Shown here: in pieces, positions 59,655 to 64,000 of the stretch
Position numbering within the stretch: position 1 is the first letter of the stretch
Layout: each line of letters opens with the position of its first letter
NCBI GenBank assembly: GCA_963678315.1
Contig: OY782781.1
Coordinates: forward strand, 1,088,001-1,152,000
Origin: Candidatus Cloacimonadales bacterium
GTDB taxonomy: Bacteria > Cloacimonadota > Cloacimonadia > Cloacimonadales > JAFGVF01
Reading direction: 5' to 3'
Length of the DNA: 64,000 bases
Program-made: the position numbers and the translations under genes
Notes under the pieces: generated by a model
The model's database searches: none
What the model saw: the letters and a program-made list of their open reading frames with translations, nothing else
What the model was told of the DNA's origin: nothing

Positions 59655-60746
59655 TTAATACCTTCCTACTATTTCTTTGAAAGTTGATTCATTAATATTA
59701 ATTATAGTTTCTAAGTTTGGATTGTTGATTTGATTGCTAGATAGAAGGTGTTCAGAAATGATAGCATAAAAATCTTTAAATCTAATCTTTTTGTCTAAGA
59801 ACAATGAAATACATGCTTCATTAGCTGAATTCATTATAGTTGGGAAAATTCCTCCTTCTAAACCAACTTCAAGAGCAAGAAAGAATAGGGGATATCTATC
59901 TTTATCGATAGCTCTAAAGGTTAGATCAGGCATGGTTAGTAAATCGGTTTTTACTTGTTGATAAGGAATATGTTGAGGATGCGATAGGGCATAGAGAATA
60001 GGTAATTGCATACTTGGTGAACTCATTTGCGCTATATGAGATCCATCGACAAACTTAACCATAGAATGAATAATTGATTGAGGGTGAATAATTGCTTGAA
60101 TTTGTTCAAATGGCATATTGAAGAGCCAATGTGCTTCAATAACTTCTAAACCTTTATTCATCATGGTTGCTGAATCAATAGTTACTTTAGCCCCCATATC
60201 CCAGTTAGGGTGTTTAAGAGTTTCTGCAATAGTGATATCCTTGAATGTATGGAGAGGTCTATCTCTAAAAGAACCACCTGAAGCAGTAATTATTAACTTA
60301 TCAACTTCATGCTTTTGATGACTACCTAGGCATTGGAAAATAGCAGAGTGTTCGCTATCAACAGGAAGAATAGGATTATTTAGGGTGTATTTCTGTAAAA
60401 TATGTCCTGCCATTACAAGAGATTCTTTATTAGCTAAGGCTAGTTTTTTCCCTCTTTTAAGAACAGTATAAGAAGATTTTAAGCCAGCAGAACCAGTAAT
60501 TGCATTTATCACTATATCATAGTCAAGATCTTCTAAGAGCTTGATAAGATTATCTTCATCATCTAGAGAAGTCAGTATTGTATTAGGAATAGAGAATTCT
60601 TGGGTTAGTTCTGTTAATTTAGATTGGTTTTTATGAGCAGATGCTAGAACTATATCAAATAAATCGGTATTTTCTCTGATAACATTACACGAAGATTCAC
60701 CGATAGATCCGGTTATTCCTAAAATTACTATTTTCTTCTTTCTCAT
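59655..60746 (-). CDS. dxr: 1-deoxy-D-xylulose-5-phosphate reductoisomerase
   Basis: LGITGSIG, LANKESLV, PVDSEHSAIFQ, HPNWDMGAKVTIDSATMMNKGLE. Confidence 0.98.
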   Translation of the reverse strand: MRKKKIVILGITGSIGESSCNVIRENTDLFDIVLASAHKNQSKLTELTQEFSIPNTILTSLDDEDNLIKLLEDLDYDIVINAITGSAGLKSSYTVLKRGKKLALANKESLVMAGHILQKYTLNNPILPVDSEHSAIFQCLGSHQKHEVDKLIITASGGSFRDRPLHTFKDITIAETLKHPNWDMGAKVTIDSATMMNKGLEVIEAHWLFNMPFEQIQAIIHPQSIIHSMVKFVDGSHIAQMSSPSMQLPILYALSHPQHIPYQQVKTDLLTMPDLTFRAIDKDRYPLFFLALEVGLEGGIFPTIMNSANEACISLFLDKKIRFKDFYAIISEHLLSSNQINNPNLETIININESTFKEIVGRY

Positions 60747-61702
60747 TAGAAGTTATATCCTATTGCCATTTTTTGAGAGTTTCCAAGATCAGAGTCTTCA
60801 TTAAATCTATAAGAATAGAAAAGTGAGAAGTTGCTAATTTTTAAATCTAAGCCTGTGGTTAAAGAGTCAACATCATATCCTGACAAGATAGTAATATTTT
60901 TATAAGGAGTTATAGAAAGTCCAAAGTGATTATTACTACTTGTGAAAGCTAAATCTGTATTTCCAATTTCTCCATCATCAAACATAAACATTTCACTTCT
61001 TGCAGATAATTCAACTGGAACAGTCTTTCCAAAAAGAGCAAACATATATCTTGCTTCAAAGTCTAATTTAGGAGATACAGATTCATATTCTCCATTTTCC
61101 CAAAGAACGTGAGTAGACACTATATTATGAACTTTTGATGCAAAGAGCCAGTTCTTATTTGGGTTGTATAATAATGATGCATCAGCACCTATAGCCCATG
61201 CATTTTCTTCTGCTAGCTTTCTATAGGCTAATTTAGGTGTTAATCCTAAATAAAGGTCTTTTGCAAGAGTTCTACTCAAACCAATTGATATAAGATAATC
61301 ATTATTATCTACATGCTTGTAGGCATAAGGTCGATTATCATTAGATATTTCTAAGGACTCATTTTCCAGCTTAGTCAAAGGAATATCATTGATAGAAATT
61401 CTAGTTAAGCTAAGAGAAATTGAGTTCTTTGAAGCCCAGAAGAAAGAGATATTATCATAAGAGAAGAGATCGTCGAATTCTGTAGCATGCATGACTTCTA
61501 CTCTTGACTGCTTAATTAATTGCATTAGAGCAGGATTCCAATAAGCAGGGGAGTAGCTATTTAGGTCTGTAAGCCCAGTGTTTCCCATTCCAATATTTCT
61601 AACCCCAGTTGGTAAATCATAGATTTCACCTGCATATTTATCAAATGCAATAAGAGTTACAGCGATATTTATTATTAGTATTACTATTATTGTCTTTTTC
61701 AT
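60746..61702 (-). CDS. PorV/FadL-like outer-membrane beta-barrel protein
   Basis: Signal peptide; GVRNIGMG..AYWNPA N-terminal motif; C-terminal IGYNF. Confidence 0.7.
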   Translation of the reverse strand: MKKTIIVILIINIAVTLIAFDKYAGEIYDLPTGVRNIGMGNTGLTDLNSYSPAYWNPALMQLIKQSRVEVMHATEFDDLFSYDNISFFWASKNSISLSLTRISINDIPLTKLENESLEISNDNRPYAYKHVDNNDYLISIGLSRTLAKDLYLGLTPKLAYRKLAEENAWAIGADASLLYNPNKNWLFASKVHNIVSTHVLWENGEYESVSPKLDFEARYMFALFGKTVPVELSARSEMFMFDDGEIGNTDLAFTSSNNHFGLSITPYKNITILSGYDVDSLTTGLDLKISNFSLFYSYRFNEDSDLGNSQKMAIGYNF

Positions 61703-61716
61703 TATATAGTCCTTAT

Positions 61717-63882
61717 TTATTTTGGTTGAACATATTTAACACTAATCTTTTTAAGAAAGCCTGAATTAAAGGAAATAGTTAATATTCTACTTTCCCCTTC
61801 ACCATTAGATGCAACAATCATGCCTTGTCCAAATCTTTCATGATGAATTATCTGTCCTGGTCGGTAATCAGTGTCAACTTTTTTCTTAGGGATAGATTTA
61901 CGCTTACTACGTTTAGGATTTCTGGGAGCAGATATATGTTGAGAATGGTGAGTTGTTTTTTCACTTACTTCTCTTAAAAATCTACTTGGAGGTGATGCTT
62001 CTGCAAAACCTCTTAATCTGCGATAGTTAGCGTTAGTTAAAAATAAAAACTCTTTGGCTCTGGTGATAGCAACATAGAATAATCTTCTCTCTTCTTCTAT
62101 ATCCTTTGGTTCGGCTAAAGAACGACTATGCGGTAACAATCCTTCTTCTATGCCAATAATCATAACAGCTCTAAATTCAAGCCCTTTGGCATTGTGGATT
62201 GTAAGAAGATTAATAGAATCTGAATTCCTATCAAATCTGTCCAAATCAGTTAGTAAAGATACTGAGTTTAAAAAGTTTTCTAAATAAGGTTCTTCTCCAT
62301 TGTCTTGTAAAAAGTCTTCTCTGAACTGAGAAGTAGAGCTGATGAATTCTTTAATATTCTCAGCTTGTGAATTAAGTTTAGGGTCTGAAGAGTTTTCTAG
62401 TTTTGGGAGAATATTAATATCTCCAATAACCTGAGTAACTATTTCAAAGCAATTTAATGTATTAATTTTTGATTGCCAATTGATTAGCATTGTAGCAAAC
62501 TTGCTGACTGCAGTAATTGCTCTTTTAGTGAGGGAGTCTATCTGGGCAACATTCTTAATAGCCTCTACAAAAGATATTCTATTTCTAATCGCATAGTTGG
62601 TTATAGTTGCAATAGTAGTTTTGCCAATACCACGTGTAGGAGAATTGATAATCCTATGAATACTTTCGTTATCGTTAGGATTGAATATCACTTTAAGATA
62701 AGCTAATACGTCTTTAATTTCTTTTCTTTGATAGAAGTTTGTTCCACCAACAACTTTATATGGTAAGTTATTACTTATTAATGCTGTTTCAATGAGCCTA
62801 GATTGAGAGTTGGTCCTGTAAAGAATTGCAATATCATTTAGACTCAAATTATGATTATGTTGCAGATTTAGAATATTCTCAACTACATACTGAGCTTCAT
62901 CAATATCAGCTTCTACTGTTTTTAACACAGGTTTATGAACAGAAAGAATTTCAGACCTAAGTTCTTTCTCATGGCGAGTGGAATTATTCTTAATCAACTC
63001 ATTTGCCAGGTTAAGGATATCGATTGAAGAACGATAGTTTTGTTCTAATTTTACAACTTTAGTTTGTTTATGAACTTTATCGAAGTTTAAGATGTTTTTA
63101 ATATCAGCCCCTCTCCAAGAGTAGATGGCTTGGTCATCATCTCCAACTACACAAATATTGTTTTCAGGTTGAGCTAGAAGTGATGTTAGCAAGTACTGAA
63201 TCTGATTAGTATCTTGATATTCGTCTATCATTACATACTTGAAAAGCTCTTGATATTTGGCTTTTATTTGCTCACTTTCTTTTAATAACTTTAGTGTGTA
63301 AACTAATATATCATCAAAATCTAAGCAGTTACTACTTATTAAAGCATTCTGATATTCTGTATATATTTGTAGAAATTTTCTATTCCTAAAACCATCATCT
63401 TTAAGGAATTGAAGGTCTTGTGGAAGCATTGCTTCATTCTTTCTTCTGCTAATGAGAGATTTTACTGTTTGAATTGGAAAGTTATCTTTCTCAATACCTA
63501 GTTTTTTATATACCTTTTTTAGTAGAGCTTTCTGGTCATCTGAATCATAAATACTGAAGTTAGAATTAAAAGGTGTAAATTGATATTCATTTCTTAGGAT
63601 CCGTAAGCAGATAGAGTGGAAAGTCCCTACCCATAGATTATATGGATTTATCCCAAAGTAAGATTGAAGTCTTTCCCTCAATTCAGCAGCAGCTTTATTG
63701 GTAAATGTTACTATAAGAATATTAGATGGGTCAATGTTCTTTTCTTTGATTAGATAAGCTGTTCTGAAGATAATTGTCCGTGTTTTTCCAGATCCAGCAC
63801 CTGCCAATACTAGAACAGGTCCCTCTGTATTCTCAACAACTTCTATTTGTTCACTATTAAGTTCGGTTAAGTCTATATTCAT
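61717..63882 (-). CDS. pcrA: ATP-dependent DNA helicase PcrA/UvrD
   Basis: LAGAGSGKT, TFTNKAA, DEYQDTN, VGDDDQAIYSWRGA, LEQNYRS, TIHNAKGLEF, EERRLFYVAITRA. Confidence 0.96.
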   Translation of the reverse strand: MNIDLTELNSEQIEVVENTEGPVLVLAGAGSGKTRTIIFRTAYLIKEKNIDPSNILIVTFTNKAAAELRERLQSYFGINPYNLWVGTFHSICLRILRNEYQFTPFNSNFSIYDSDDQKALLKKVYKKLGIEKDNFPIQTVKSLISRRKNEAMLPQDLQFLKDDGFRNRKFLQIYTEYQNALISSNCLDFDDILVYTLKLLKESEQIKAKYQELFKYVMIDEYQDTNQIQYLLTSLLAQPENNICVVGDDDQAIYSWRGADIKNILNFDKVHKQTKVVKLEQNYRSSIDILNLANELIKNNSTRHEKELRSEILSVHKPVLKTVEADIDEAQYVVENILNLQHNHNLSLNDIAILYRTNSQSRLIETALISNNLPYKVVGGTNFYQRKEIKDVLAYLKVIFNPNDNESIHRIINSPTRGIGKTTIATITNYAIRNRISFVEAIKNVAQIDSLTKRAITAVSKFATMLINWQSKINTLNCFEIVTQVIGDINILPKLENSSDPKLNSQAENIKEFISSTSQFREDFLQDNGEEPYLENFLNSVSLLTDLDRFDRNSDSINLLTIHNAKGLEFRAVMIIGIEEGLLPHSRSLAEPKDIEEERRLFYVAITRAKEFLFLTNANYRRLRGFAEASPPSRFLREVSEKTTHHSQHISAPRNPKRSKRKSIPKKKVDTDYRPGQIIHHERFGQGMIVASNGEGESRILTISFNSGFLKKISVKYVQPK

Positions 63883-63885
63883 TGA

Positions 63886-63999
63886 TTAAAATGGTACATT
63901 GATAGGCACACCATATTCTTCAGGGTTAAGTGGACCTTCTAAGCGTTCATTGTCATTATGGTTAAGAGGATCTAAGTATTTGTAAGCAGATATTTTGTA
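63886..63999 (-). CDS. 3' end of an unidentified gene cut by the window edge
   Basis: Open frame YKISAYKYLDPLNHNDNERLEGPLNPEEYGVPINVPF-stop ending 3 bp before the pcrA start. Confidence 0.55.
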   Translation of the reverse strand, partial: YKISAYKYLDPLNHNDNERLEGPLNPEEYGVPINVPF

Positions 64000-64000
64000 A

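Overview
AT-rich bacterial chromosome segment. The gene content (C25 gingipain-family proteases and other secreted proteins with FlgD/T9SS-like C-terminal domains, a PorV-like protein, a methylmalonyl-CoA carboxyltransferase cluster) suggests Cloacimonadota or a related FCB lineage; this is an inference, not a database result. Core genes: purS, purQ, comF, a GlmL-like gene pair, a hybrid sensor kinase with a degenerate ATPase domain, a transcarboxylase-type operon, dnaA with an adjacent putative oriC, malic enzyme, rarA, two giant paralogous surface proteins, a full rRNA operon (16S, tRNA-Ile, tRNA-Ala, 23S, 5S), comEC, dxr and pcrA/uvrD. Most unusual items: (1) a 316-bp intervening sequence in 23S helix 45, closed by a 27-bp inverted repeat, encoding an 85-aa GIY-YIG nuclease; (2) six Y1/RAYT-type HUH transposase genes within 22 kb flanked by five distinct REP-like palindrome families, with orphan repeat copies elsewhere and an IS21 inserted in one array; (3) CACCAC-loop hairpins in the long leaders of the surface-protein genes; (4) a shared Arg-rich C-terminal tail (KTIRRARRN) and basic linkers in acidic surface proteins encoded near gingipain-like proteases. 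All calls were made by eye; RNA and repeat boundaries are approximate.
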